Origin: a virus
Direction: 5' to 3' (one strand)
Virus record (IMG/VR): IMGVR_UViG_3300045988_121102
DNA: 64,000 nucleotides
The first letter of the stretch is position 1; every line of letters starts with the position of its first letter. The notes below the pieces were generated by a model that was not told the origin of the DNA, did not search any database, and saw nothing but the letters and a program-made list of their open reading frames with translations. Shown in pieces: positions 44,607 to 53,828 of the stretch. The translations under genes and the position numbers were made by a program.

Positions 44607-46166
44607 ACCGCTTGTTCTGGCGAAGTCTCCTTGCGCGATAGCAGTATTAGCCATAACATATTGATAACGCAACATCGTTTTTTGTGCCTGCGTCATCGAA
44701 GATATGTTCGCGTCAAGTCCGTTTTTCAACGCATATTCTTTTAAGGTCGTTTGGGTTAAGTCTAAGCCGTACTTACGCAGCGGCTCTGTCTCTCCTGAGA
44801 ATACAGCTTGTAAACTTCTCGCAACCTCTTTCTGTGACACATTGTAGAAAGAAGCCATATCCGCTGCCAGCTTAGTCAGTTCGATGGACATATCAGACAT
44901 CTTACCTTGTGCAAATCCCATCGCCATTCCCATTGCCTGGAAACGACCAGAAATTTGTTTCGCAGTCAACTCAGACATGCCGAAGTCCTGGATAGAATGC
45001 TGAGTCAGTTCATCAACCTTGCTTGCGTAATCGCCGAATGCGTTATCTACAACGTTCTGAACCTCTGTTAGGTCTGAAGAAATATCGACCGCTTTCTTAA
45101 ACCCTTGTAATGCCCTAAGCAACATCCAATAAGTCGCATAGAATTTTCCAATCGCACCGGCCAGACCAGAGAAGGATTTCTTAGCCTTGCTAGATGCACT
45201 TGGCAATGACAACAAGCCTTTTGACAGATTTCGAGAACTGTTTCCAGCCTTATTACCTGCATTTGCCAAATTTGCCAACGCCTGTGTCATTTCAAGCACA
45301 TTTTTGCTGACTTTCGGTGCGGTTGACAATGTTGTCAGCATCTCCTTCAGTGCTTTTGCCAGACTGGTAATATTTCCACTGGCAGCTCTGGTAGCCGTTA
45401 CTGTTCCAAGCTTTGAAATTCCATTAGCAAGTTCAGTCAATCCCTGTACATCAAACCCACTAAAATCCAATCCCTTTAATTCTGAGGACAGATTTTTGAT
45501 AGGTGCAATCAGTGCTGGAATATTGGCTGCCGCTTGAGTGACTGTCTTTCTGCCAAGCGTTCCGATCGCCGTCGCGATGTTTCTGATTCCAGTATCATCA
45601 AACTGGATTCCATTCAGCATTGCCAAATTGGATGCTAATTGCTGGATCCCGGCTGACGTCTGCCCGATCTCCTGCATTCCAGCCGCGGACGAAATACCAT
45701 TGGTGGCATTTGCCCCCTGCGCTGACATTCCACTGAGCATGGAAGTGATTCGCTGAATCGTGCTTTCCATCGACGTCAGAGAAGTGATTTCATTTTTCAC
45801 AGACGCAGAAACGACGCTGCCCTCTTGCTGAAATGCTTTGGTTTTCTCTTTTACTGCACTCGTTACTTCAGAAACTGTAGCTTTGAGATTTCCAAGCTCG
45901 GAACTTATTGTATTTTTTCCACCCGCTTGACTAGACAAATCAATACCTTTCATAGTATTTTGAAGCTCTGTTGCGGATCCTGATAACTTTGTAAATGTAG
46001 ATGATAAATTCGTCAGCTTACGAATATCAATCATATTCACACTGGATGCCAGTTTCTCCAGCGCATTTGACATTCGCTCAATTGATGCGTCCGCTCCCCC
46101 TACATCACTGGCTATTTCCAATAATAAAGAATCTATAACATTATCTGCTGCCATTTCTACCTCCAT
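44607..46166 (-). CDS. tape measure protein, exon 1
   Basis: Ends ..ANTAIAQGDFARTSG. The read-through ORF adds only RMCAA* from intron sequence. Confidence 0.75.
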
Positions 46167-46228
46167 TTGTTTGAGGTCAACAGTTACATTTCATTTCATG
46201 TACTGGTAATAAAAAAAGCGGACAAACA

Positions 46229-47130
46229 TTACTGTTCATCCGCCTCTTTCTTTTTATAGCTTCGCGCCATGAAATCCAATTGAAGTAAATATTTCTCCTG
46301 CATATCTGCCAATTGTTCCTCATTCAGATTTGAAATATCAACAGGTTTGTTTTGCTCCAATGGATTTTTGGGGTATTTGGCTTTTTTAGAAAAAGCCGCC
46401 GCAATGGCATTCATGGTATATGCTCCAATTAGCCACGCTTGATATTCAGTTCTTTCCCACTCGTTTTTGCGACGTTTCCAATATGCATCAATATGCCGTT
46501 TAACTGCACCAAATGTCATATGGAAAGCATCTTTTTCGGATAAACCACATTCCAAAGCCGATGGGATTAACTCATTGAGAATTAATTCTCTGAAAGTTTT
46601 TTGACTTTGGATGTTGCCCGTCTCTGCGCCCGATTCGGTTTCGGTTCGCTCGATTCTTCCGTGTTCATAGCCTGACTCATGATCTTGTTCAGACCGGTTC
46701 GAACGAAAAAATCATCTTCCGCCATCTGATTAAGGCAAATTGTGAACAAATCATAAAAATTTCCAGTACCATCCTCGGAGTGCTCTTGGATATACTGCTT
46801 TGCAATTTTCTTGGCGTCATGCATGGAGGATACGGTTCCATCTCCATCCATTCCATGATACTCCTGCAATCCAGCATAAAGCATCAAAATTGCAGTCTGA
46901 GGCAATTTTGAAATCTCATTTTTAATTCCCTGCACAGATTCTTTAATCACTTTTTTTCGTGAATCCGGATCGAGTTCTGCAAGAGCATCATCAGCCAAAT
47001 ACGCAGAACCGGAGACTCCGCCCAAAAACTCGATTAATCTATCGATGCAATCGGAACACAAAGAAGCCTCCAGAGTGTATTCAAGATGATAATCCTTACC
47101 ACCAATAGTTAATGTCTTGTACATAATCAA
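46229..47130 (-). CDS. tail assembly chaperone G-T fusion (via -1 frameshift)
   Basis: The -1 frame is open from the A6 run at 46597-46602 through to 46229. Confidence 0.55.
46582..47130 (-). CDS. tail assembly chaperone (G-like)
   Basis: Lies between the major tail and tape-measure genes and has an acidic/basic C-terminus. Confidence 0.6.
   Translation of the reverse strand: MIMYKTLTIGGKDYHLEYTLEASLCSDCIDRLIEFLGGVSGSAYLADDALAELDPDSRKKVIKESVQGIKNEISKLPQTAILMLYAGLQEYHGMDGDGTVSSMHDAKKIAKQYIQEHSEDGTGNFYDLFTICLNQMAEDDFFVRTGLNKIMSQAMNTEESSEPKPNRAQRRATSKVKKLSEN
46596..46603 (-). promoter_or_regulatory. -1 programmed frameshift slippery site C-AAA-AAA-C
   Basis: GTC AAA AAA CTT lies 5 codons before the G stop, and the -1 frame continues into the T ORF. 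Confidence 0.55.
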
Positions 47131-47158
47131 GATACCTCCCTATCCTTGATTTTATGAT

Positions 47159-47656
47159 CTACACATCTTCTCCATCTGTTGTCGGTTTAATCGCTGTCAA
47201 CATACCTTTATACTCATCGATTGCCAGAGACAGCTCTGCTACCAGCAATTCATTCTGATCAACCGCAGGCATCGGGATTTTACCGCCCGGCTGAGCAACA
47301 ATGAAGAATGCCTTAGTAAGATTCGGACTCCAAACAGTAAACCAGGTTCTCTTGTTGGCTTCCAGTCCTTCTGCCGCATCTTCCAACATTTTCTGGTAAA
47401 TCGTTTCTGTTTCGTTTGTCAAGTTGAACGAAATTGTCCAGTCTCCGCCGGTATCCTGTCTGCCTGCAACATTTCTTGTCTGCTCATCTTCGATGGCAGA
47501 TGCATCAATTGTCTCTGTACTCAAAGAAATCTCTCCGATAGAGTTACATCTTTGCAGCCATGTATACGCAGTCGGAGCTACACCAGGCGTTGTTTCTACG
47601 GCATAACCAGCTCTCATTTTAAGGGTAGAAATACCAGGAATATTTGCTATTGCCAT
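47159..47656 (-). CDS. major tail protein
   Basis: 165 aa. The call rests on position and a strong AAAGGAG ribosome-binding site. Confidence 0.55.
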   Translation of the reverse strand: MAIANIPGISTLKMRAGYAVETTPGVAPTAYTWLQRCNSIGEISLSTETIDASAIEDEQTRNVAGRQDTGGDWTISFNLTNETETIYQKMLEDAAEGLEANKRTWFTVWSPNLTKAFFIVAQPGGKIPMPAVDQNELLVAELSLAIDEYKGMLTAIKPTTDGEDV

Positions 47657-47670
47657 TTAATCTCCTTTCC

Positions 47671-47696
47671 ACCTCATTAATTGTTAGAGGTTAGCG
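47671..47696 (-). promoter_or_regulatory. late 5'-UTR hairpin motif, copy 2
   Basis: CGCTAACCTCTAACAATTAATGAGGT. Confidence 0.5.
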
Positions 47697-47724
47697 ATCA
47701 CTTCATTTTCAGTGACCGGATTTT

Positions 47725-47982
47725 TTATTTTGTAAACTGTTTCTTTGTTTGATCAATCCATGTTGCCGATGCACCAGATACCATTCCGATCGCGACGGCA
47801 TTCAGAATATCAGTTGCCGGATAGTTTGGCATGACATACATTCCGACTATTCCCAATATGCCACCAATGGCAGCTACGATAACAGTAATCCACTTATTGT
47901 CAATTCCGGATGCCTTAACGCCGAGTCCGATGAAATAGCAAATCGCCACAATGGCAGCTACACTAGCAATTCCAAAATCCAT
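47725..47982 (-). CDS. holin-like membrane protein
   Basis: 85 aa with 2-3 transmembrane segments and a charged C-terminus. The start is set at MDFGIAS, which follows AAGGAGG. Confidence 0.5.
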   Translation of the reverse strand: MDFGIASVAAIVAICYFIGLGVKASGIDNKWITVIVAAIGGILGIVGMYVMPNYPATDILNAVAIGMVSGASATWIDQTKKQFTK

Positions 47983-48089
47983 TGTCCTACCTCCTTTCCG
48001 TTTAATTGCACGAAAAAAGAGCATTAACATTAATGCCCTTATTCCCTTATACTATTTTAACTTATGTTGTTGTTTTGTAAAAAGTCACA

Positions 48090-48479
48090 TTAAAAGGATT
48101 CTCCGCAATAAAGCCTATTGTAACGACTGACAACGCGAACAACCGTCTTGTCCGAACCCTCTATCTGTTCTGGTCCGTATGTTCTCCTAAATCCCATTTC
48201 CGTCATAGCTTGATGACTAATATTGTCAATTTCATACGCTTTACTTAATGCCTTTTGCCCTTTAGCATAAGAATCCACTTGAAATGCCGGAATGATTGCC
48301 GATTCATTTCCATCTAAATCCCATTTATTCCCAGGTGCACCCATCATATAGATATTAGAATATGGATATTTATTTGGTATTGCGCTCTTTTGCATGGAGC
48401 ACGTAATGCCTTTTATGCTCTGCATATTTGATAACCATTTTTCAAAAACATCAAGAACAGGATTTTTTACTGTTACCAT
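48090..48479 (-). CDS. tail-completion-position protein
   Basis: Positional call. Confidence 0.35.
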   Translation of the reverse strand: MVTVKNPVLDVFEKWLSNMQSIKGITCSMQKSAIPNKYPYSNIYMMGAPGNKWDLDGNESAIIPAFQVDSYAKGQKALSKAYEIDNISHQAMTEMGFRRTYGPEQIEGSDKTVVRVVSRYNRLYCGESF

Positions 48480-48997
48480 TAAATTCCACCTCCGAACACT
48501 TCCTTGGCAATTTCATGTATTTTCTGTATAATCTCTACACTAGCTTTATACATTGGCATCGTTGCTTCCGTACCGAAGGATCTAACACTTTCTCCGGTAT
48601 CAGCTGTATAAAACCATGAATCGTTTTTTCCGTTTCCTTTTCCGTAAGAACCGATTGTATAACCCATTTCCGCACCTTTAGGATTAGGGCTGGTTCCCGG
48701 AGAAGTATTGTAATGCACACCGGCACCAAACTCTATAAACAGGATATCTGAGCCCTCGCAAACAAGCGTTGCCTGCGCATAATCTTGGAACGAATTAATT
48801 TTTATATATGTGTTGTGTGTTTTATCTGAATCGCCTTGTGCTGCATCCACGTTTTCATTGACAATAGGAATTCCTATTTCCGCTAGTTTCTGCACAAACT
48901 CCACATTCTTACTTTTTAACGCCTGTCTATATCGTTCCAATTCTTTTTGAGCGTTTCGAATGCTTGATACAGACAGATTAATCTTGATTTTCTTCAC
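48479..48997 (-). CDS. HK97 gp10-like head-tail joining protein
   Basis: The N-terminus MKKIKINLSVSSIRNAQKELERY and the position support the call. Confidence 0.45.
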   Translation of the reverse strand: MKKIKINLSVSSIRNAQKELERYRQALKSKNVEFVQKLAEIGIPIVNENVDAAQGDSDKTHNTYIKINSFQDYAQATLVCEGSDILFIEFGAGVHYNTSPGTSPNPKGAEMGYTIGSYGKGNGKNDSWFYTADTGESVRSFGTEATMPMYKASVEIIQKIHEIAKEVFGGGI

Positions 48998-49394
48998 GAT
49001 TTGCTCCTATCTTTTCTATTCCGTATCTGTGAACCAATCCCTTTTCCGCTCCGATACATTTTTTTAAACGGTAATCCGGCAATACTATTGGTTCTAATGT
49101 TTCTTCATCCATTTTTAAAGTTCCATCTTCATTTAATTCTGGTTCTTTGTCTACCCATAACAGCATTCCTTCTTGTGGCTCAAATGAATCCCATCTGTTT
49201 TTCCATCGTGTTAAGTATCGATCGTAGTTAGGTACTAAACCGGCAGCTATTTCTTCTGGCGTCCCAGATGTAGAAGATACTGTCATATACCTAATCTCTG
49301 GTTTTGAAAAAGTTTTTATCGTATCTATTCCGTTCAACTTTTCAGTTACCATTGAAAAATAAATTTTCTGTTGTTCTCGATTATTACTTCTCAC
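48978..49394 (-). CDS. head-closure/head-tail adaptor-position protein
   Basis: Positional call. Confidence 0.4.
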   Translation of the reverse strand: MRSNNREQQKIYFSMVTEKLNGIDTIKTFSKPEIRYMTVSSTSGTPEEIAAGLVPNYDRYLTRWKNRWDSFEPQEGMLLWVDKEPELNEDGTLKMDEETLEPIVLPDYRLKKCIGAEKGLVHRYGIEKIGANREENQD

Positions 49395-49813
49395 TACGAA
49401 ACCATCCTTTCTATTATCGTGGGTATATAAAAGATTGCTTTTCCTCCTAGACTCTCATAAACCGATTTGAATATTAAATATCCATAATTGGCAACAATAT
49501 TGCACACCAGTTCTTCCATGTCAATTACATATTTTGGTTTGGAATATCTATGTATATCACTGATTATATCATATTCCCATAATACTGTATGAGTCATTTC
49601 ATGAATAAACACAGTAATCAATTCTCTTCCATATAAATCGTTTGAAAGGTAAATCGTATGTTCTGATGGAACAGTAACTCCAAGCGTATAACTTCCCGTT
49701 CTATCAATCAATTCTGGATTATATGGACTAACAAATTTCACTTTCCAATCATGATTATTTACCATTAAATATCTGTCCATAGCCCCTCCAATAGCAGAAA
49801 AGACCCATGCCAC
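49394..49813 (-). CDS. HExxH zinc-metallopeptidase-like protein
   Basis: VFIHEMTHTV. Confidence 0.55.
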   Translation of the reverse strand: MAWVFSAIGGAMDRYLMVNNHDWKVKFVSPYNPELIDRTGSYTLGVTVPSEHTIYLSNDLYGRELITVFIHEMTHTVLWEYDIISDIHRYSKPKYVIDMEELVCNIVANYGYLIFKSVYESLGGKAIFYIPTIIERMVS

Positions 49814-49842
49814 AAAAATGTAACACAGGTCCCTCTTATAAC

Positions 49843-50406
49843 TTACTGCATCTGTTGTACTAATTTAGTTATGTCTGCTTTCATCGTCTGGCGCAATGTA
49901 GGATCTGCATCCGACCACATTTCTTTCAGATTTCGAATTACATCATCTGTATATTCCTTTGTGCTATTATCCATCATTCGTTTTGATTCTGCATCTTTGG
50001 AATCATGATAATGTCTTCTGTACTCATCGTAACGATCATAAGACTCTCCATATCTGGAATTTTTCTTATCATCTTTTCCTTTGTATGTCAGATAATCATC
50101 CATCCACTCATCATCTTGTTTGTACAGATAGGGACGATATCCCATTCTATGGCCTCTGCCTTTTGGGGCAAATCTGCCGTTATCATAGCGATAACGGTCA
50201 TAGCCCATTCGTTCCATGAAGTCATCCGAATTTTCCTCATCCATTGCATCGATGATTCTCATATCTTTATCATATTGAGCTAAATCTTTAGCAATATCAA
50301 TCCACTGTCCAAAAACCATCAGTTCCGCAGGGGAAACATGGTCTAATCCTTTAGATTCGATTTCTCTTTTTACGCATTCTGCTATCTGTTTTGCGAATCT
50401 ATGCAT
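49843..50406 (-). CDS. highly charged Y/D/R/K-rich protein
   Basis: ..YDRYRYDNGRFAPKGRGHRMGYRPYLYKQDDEWMDDY.. Confidence 0.45.
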   Translation of the reverse strand: MHRFAKQIAECVKREIESKGLDHVSPAELMVFGQWIDIAKDLAQYDKDMRIIDAMDEENSDDFMERMGYDRYRYDNGRFAPKGRGHRMGYRPYLYKQDDEWMDDYLTYKGKDDKKNSRYGESYDRYDEYRRHYHDSKDAESKRMMDNSTKEYTDDVIRNLKEMWSDADPTLRQTMKADITKLVQQMQ

Positions 50407-50409
50407 AAA

Positions 50410-50832
50410 TTACTTTCCCCCTTTTAAACTCTGTGTAACTACTGTTTCAGTTGTTGGTGCTGTGCCATCAATCGATGCCAGCGTATTATTCGGCATACAT
50501 GACGGATTCCCTAACATCTTAAAGGTTCCTCCGGTCGCGCTCGTCTGTACTACTGTAGCATATCGAGTTCTTGTTCTAACTCCGCACGCTGTGACTTGAC
50601 GGCAACAACGATTTACCAGAGGATATTGAACTGTCCCGGCGCCAATCTGGAACACAACCGGAGCGCCGATCGTTGCTGTGGTTGGAATTGTCTGACCTAA
50701 TATAATGCAGTATTTCTGCCCATCGTTATAACTTCCTGCCGGAAGCGTAACAACCAGGTTCCCGTCCGTAAAAGTAATCGCCGTGGAAACAACCAAGTTA
50801 TCACACATGCGGCAAACATTTCTACAAGCCAT
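50410..50832 (-). CDS. Cys-rich beta-rich small protein
   Basis: N-terminal MACRNVCRMC, an internal NRCCRQVTAC and a T/V/G-rich sequence. Confidence 0.5.
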   Translation of the reverse strand: MACRNVCRMCDNLVVSTAITFTDGNLVVTLPAGSYNDGQKYCIILGQTIPTTATIGAPVVFQIGAGTVQYPLVNRCCRQVTACGVRTRTRYATVVQTSATGGTFKMLGNPSCMPNNTLASIDGTAPTTETVVTQSLKGGK

Positions 50833-50902
50833 ATTTTACCTCGCAATCTAAAAAAGAGGCGGAGATACCGCCTCTCTGATATTTGTCAACCATAAAAGGC
50901 GA

Positions 50903-51709
50903 TTAGCAACAACCGGTATTAGCTGTGCAGCAATTTCCATAGTATCCGTACAGATTGGATGCTGGGTATGCCGGAACCGGTAACGGTGCTGTTCTGCGAA
51001 GAATCTCTGCCGTATTCGCATCCATTGCCGCCTGCAATACTGCATTCTGGTTAGACTGCGATGCTGCCAGTTTAAGCGACTGGTTCTCTGCCCGAAGATC
51101 TGCAGTTTCTTTCTGACACAGATAATCAAGAATTGCTCTCGTTCCCGCATTTTGGTTGTCGATGATATCTCTTGTGTTGTTGTTCATGGTGTTCTGCAAA
51201 GCACATGTATTCTGTGCCATGTTAAAGTTGACGCCCTGAATCGCTTCGCGTGTCTCACAGCAGCAATTAGATAACTGTGCCTGAAGAGCGTTTGTATTCT
51301 GCATTCCGGCTACGGTATCTGCATTGATGGATTGCTGAATTCCGTTGAATCCTTGCAGCATTCCCACATTCAAACCGTTAAATCCACTCTGCATTGTGTT
51401 GTTTAATGCATAAGTACTGTCACAAATCCCCTGCTGAATACCGCGGATGCCGTTTTGAATGTCATTAAGGGCAAATCCCTCATTTATATCTGCTCGTGTC
51501 GCCCAGCCCTGGAAACCGGCTCCATTAGTGCCATTGGCACCATTTCCGCCCCAGCCGCCATAGCCGTTTCCCCATCCGCCAAAAATAGCAAAAATCAGGA
51601 ACAGCCAAATAAACCAGCCGCCATCTCCCCAGCCATTACAGCCATTATCTTTGGAGTTACCTGTTGCGGCAGCAATGTCCGCTAACGAGTATCCGCTTGA
51701 AGTCATCAT
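50903..51709 (-). CDS. membrane-anchored G/W/N/Q-rich protein with Cys-rich C-terminus
   Basis: Transmembrane segment GGWFIWLFLIFAIFGGWG, N/Q-rich repeats, SNCCCE, and an ending YGYYGNCCTANTGCC. The start is placed at MMTSSGY, which follows AAGGGGG. Confidence 0.5.
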   Translation of the reverse strand: MMTSSGYSLADIAAATGNSKDNGCNGWGDGGWFIWLFLIFAIFGGWGNGYGGWGGNGANGTNGAGFQGWATRADINEGFALNDIQNGIRGIQQGICDSTYALNNTMQSGFNGLNVGMLQGFNGIQQSINADTVAGMQNTNALQAQLSNCCCETREAIQGVNFNMAQNTCALQNTMNNNTRDIIDNQNAGTRAILDYLCQKETADLRAENQSLKLAASQSNQNAVLQAAMDANTAEILRRTAPLPVPAYPASNLYGYYGNCCTANTGCC

Positions 51710-51782
51710 AATTTCAAGCCCCCTTAAATATATTTGTAAATCAAGAGGAATCCTAGGCTTTCCACTCAATCTTACAGCAAAG

Positions 51783-52022
51783 TTATTTCATGCCAAATTG
51801 ATTTTTGAGCTGAGATAATGCTTTGTCCGGATCGATATGGCGCTCTTCACATAGATTTCTAGCCAATCTCTCTATTCCGGTACTATCTCCATTTTTCATC
51901 ATTTGTATAGCATTGTTGAGCACAGGATTGTTCCCGGCTTCCTTTTGTAAGATGGTATTTAATGCTTCTTGAGGATTTCCACCACTTCGCATTAATTGGA
52001 TTAACTGCATAGGATTAATCAT
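51783..52022 (-). CDS. small helical protein
   Basis: 79-aa ORF. Confidence 0.4.
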   Translation of the reverse strand: MINPMQLIQLMRSGGNPQEALNTILQKEAGNNPVLNNAIQMMKNGDSTGIERLARNLCEERHIDPDKALSQLKNQFGMK

Positions 52023-52528
52023 TTTTGACCTCCTCCCCTCTGTATGGGTTTGGACGCTTCCGTGTGCTGTTGATTATTTTTATTTACCAAATCTTTAATT
52101 CCAGATATCTCCTCGAATATATCTTGCCTTAACTGTTCAAACAACGTATTTAGCGTTTCTTCATTTATTCCAGTATTGAGTTGTTCCGATTTATTTTGAG
52201 ACTCTGGTTGCATCAATCGATATACGCAAATCTGACTTTTCCCATCTGCCTGCAACTGCTTTCTGTATATTTCAGTCCCATCAGATTTTGGATACCAGAC
52301 TGGATTCCCACTCATATCAACGTCTTTTGCCTTTACCGCATCGATTCCATCGACAATCTGCCCAGAAAGGAACTGATTCTGCTGATTCACTTGCTGTTGT
52401 ATGGGAACGTACTGCATCTGTGGTTGGTAATTATTGTTTGGTAATTGGGACAATCTTTCCTGATATGGATTGATTGGATTCTGATATGTAGGATATGCCA
52501 TATTAGGCCATGTTGGATAAGGTTGCAC
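52019..52528 (-). CDS. P/Q/N/Y-rich protein
   Basis: (M)QPYPTWPNMAYPTYQNPINPYQ... GTG start follows GGGAGG. A TATAAT box lies upstream. Confidence 0.45.
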   Translation of the reverse strand: MQPYPTWPNMAYPTYQNPINPYQERLSQLPNNNYQPQMQYVPIQQQVNQQNQFLSGQIVDGIDAVKAKDVDMSGNPVWYPKSDGTEIYRKQLQADGKSQICVYRLMQPESQNKSEQLNTGINEETLNTLFEQLRQDIFEEISGIKDLVNKNNQQHTEASKPIQRGGGQK

Positions 52529-52603
52529 CTATCTTTCCTCCCTTCTTCCTACCTCTATTATACTTAACCAGATAGGAAGAAAACAGGACAGAATATAGAC
52601 ACT

Positions 52604-52843
52604 TTATGGACATGATTTGAAAATTACTTTTCGAATTTTGTTTTTGATTTTTATGTTTATTCTATAAGCAGTTTTAGACGATATATTCATTCGTTCTGCT
52701 GACTGTTCAAGGGTAAAATTTTGAGCTCTTAATAGAAAAAGTTCGTTCTCATCGGGTGTAAAATTGCATTCACTTTCTAGCACTTCTATCTCTGATTTTG
52801 TGAAGTCACTAATATTCATTCTCTTGTTACCCATAAAATCCAT
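52604..52843 (-). CDS. small sigma-70 region-4-like HTH protein
   Basis: FTLEQSAERMNISSKTAYRINIKIKNKI. Confidence 0.4.
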   Translation of the reverse strand: MDFMGNKRMNISDFTKSEIEVLESECNFTPDENELFLLRAQNFTLEQSAERMNISSKTAYRINIKIKNKIRKVIFKSCP

Positions 52844-52860
52844 TCCTCCCTATATGGATC

Positions 52861-53175
52861 TTATCCGGGGAACGTTCCACCTTTGAGAAAATAGGCGACT
52901 ACTGCGCCTATAACGGCTCCGATAATGCCAGTAATGGCCGATTCGTATCGTTTGCTTGGCACTGACATTAAGGATTTTACATTATTATTTACTTCATCCA
53001 CAGCATCTCGAATATGCTGTAAATCATTGGATACGACATCCATACGACGTTCCAATTCTTCAATTCTGGAGTAAAACTTTTCATGCTCCTGACTGATTTT
53101 TTTCTTTAAATCCCGAAAGTCATTTTCAAGGGATTCGATTCGATGTATATTTACGCATTCTGATTCACATCCCAT
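52861..53175 (-). CDS. XhlA-like coiled-coil protein with C-terminal TM
   Basis: Coiled coil SRIEELERRMDVVSNDLQHIRDAVDEV followed by the transmembrane segment ITGIIGAVIGAVVAYFL. Confidence 0.5.
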   Translation of the reverse strand: MGCESECVNIHRIESLENDFRDLKKKISQEHEKFYSRIEELERRMDVVSNDLQHIRDAVDEVNNNVKSLMSVPSKRYESAITGIIGAVIGAVVAYFLKGGTFPG

Positions 53176-53284
53176 CGCCATACCTCTTGGGCCCTTTCTC
53201 TCCCGTAAGACTATACTTCTCCCCACCACCGCGCGAAGTATCCCTGCAACACAACGGGAGGAATTGTGTCACGCACCGTCTGTG

Positions 53285-53629
53285 TTATAAAATTTTTGCA
53301 ACCGGGATGATTCCTCGAAGATAACTTGCTGGCGTTCCAGCGCTGTTATATGAAACCGATACTCCAGATTCAGAATAACTCGTAACACCTTCTTTGCCCT
53401 GCTTATCATAGTGATACTGGGCGATTTTTCTGATTTTACTTTTGTATCTTTTCATTGCTACATTTTTCGCAATATCTTCATCTTCCTCATTTGTGAAACC
53501 AAATGGGAACATTTCCTGGACAACATCATCAATTGCATCATCGATCAGCATAAGCAAAAAAGAATCCTGTTCTGGAATATAATCGTGTCCAATATATTCA
53601 ATTAATTCTCTCAAAATTTGTTCTTTCAA
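53285..53629 (-). CDS. gp6-like head-tail connector protein
   Basis: Typical size and pattern (..DSFLLMLIDDAIDDV..). Confidence 0.55.
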   Translation of the reverse strand: MKEQILRELIEYIGHDYIPEQDSFLLMLIDDAIDDVVQEMFPFGFTNEEDEDIAKNVAMKRYKSKIRKIAQYHYDKQGKEGVTSYSESGVSVSYNSAGTPASYLRGIIPVAKIL

Positions 53630-53646
53630 GCCTATACCTCCATCAT

Positions 53647-53817
53647 TTATTTTTTCGACGGTCTGCCTCTTTTTGCTGCCGGGGCAGGTGTCTCAATATC
53701 TCCATCGTTAGAAGAAAACGGAGAAACTGTGCTCTCCGCCTTAACCTCATCATCTGGAACCATCTCTCCGGCCGCATAGTAAATACCATCGTGTTTTACA
53801 ACGTGATCGTATGTCAT
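53647..53817 (-). CDS. small protein after the capsid gene (56 aa)
   Basis: Ends ..AAKRGRPSKK, which is AT-hook-like. Confidence 0.35.
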   Translation of the reverse strand: MTYDHVVKHDGIYYAAGEMVPDDEVKAESTVSPFSSNDGDIETPAPAAKRGRPSKK

Positions 53818-53828
53818 GCAATGCCTCC

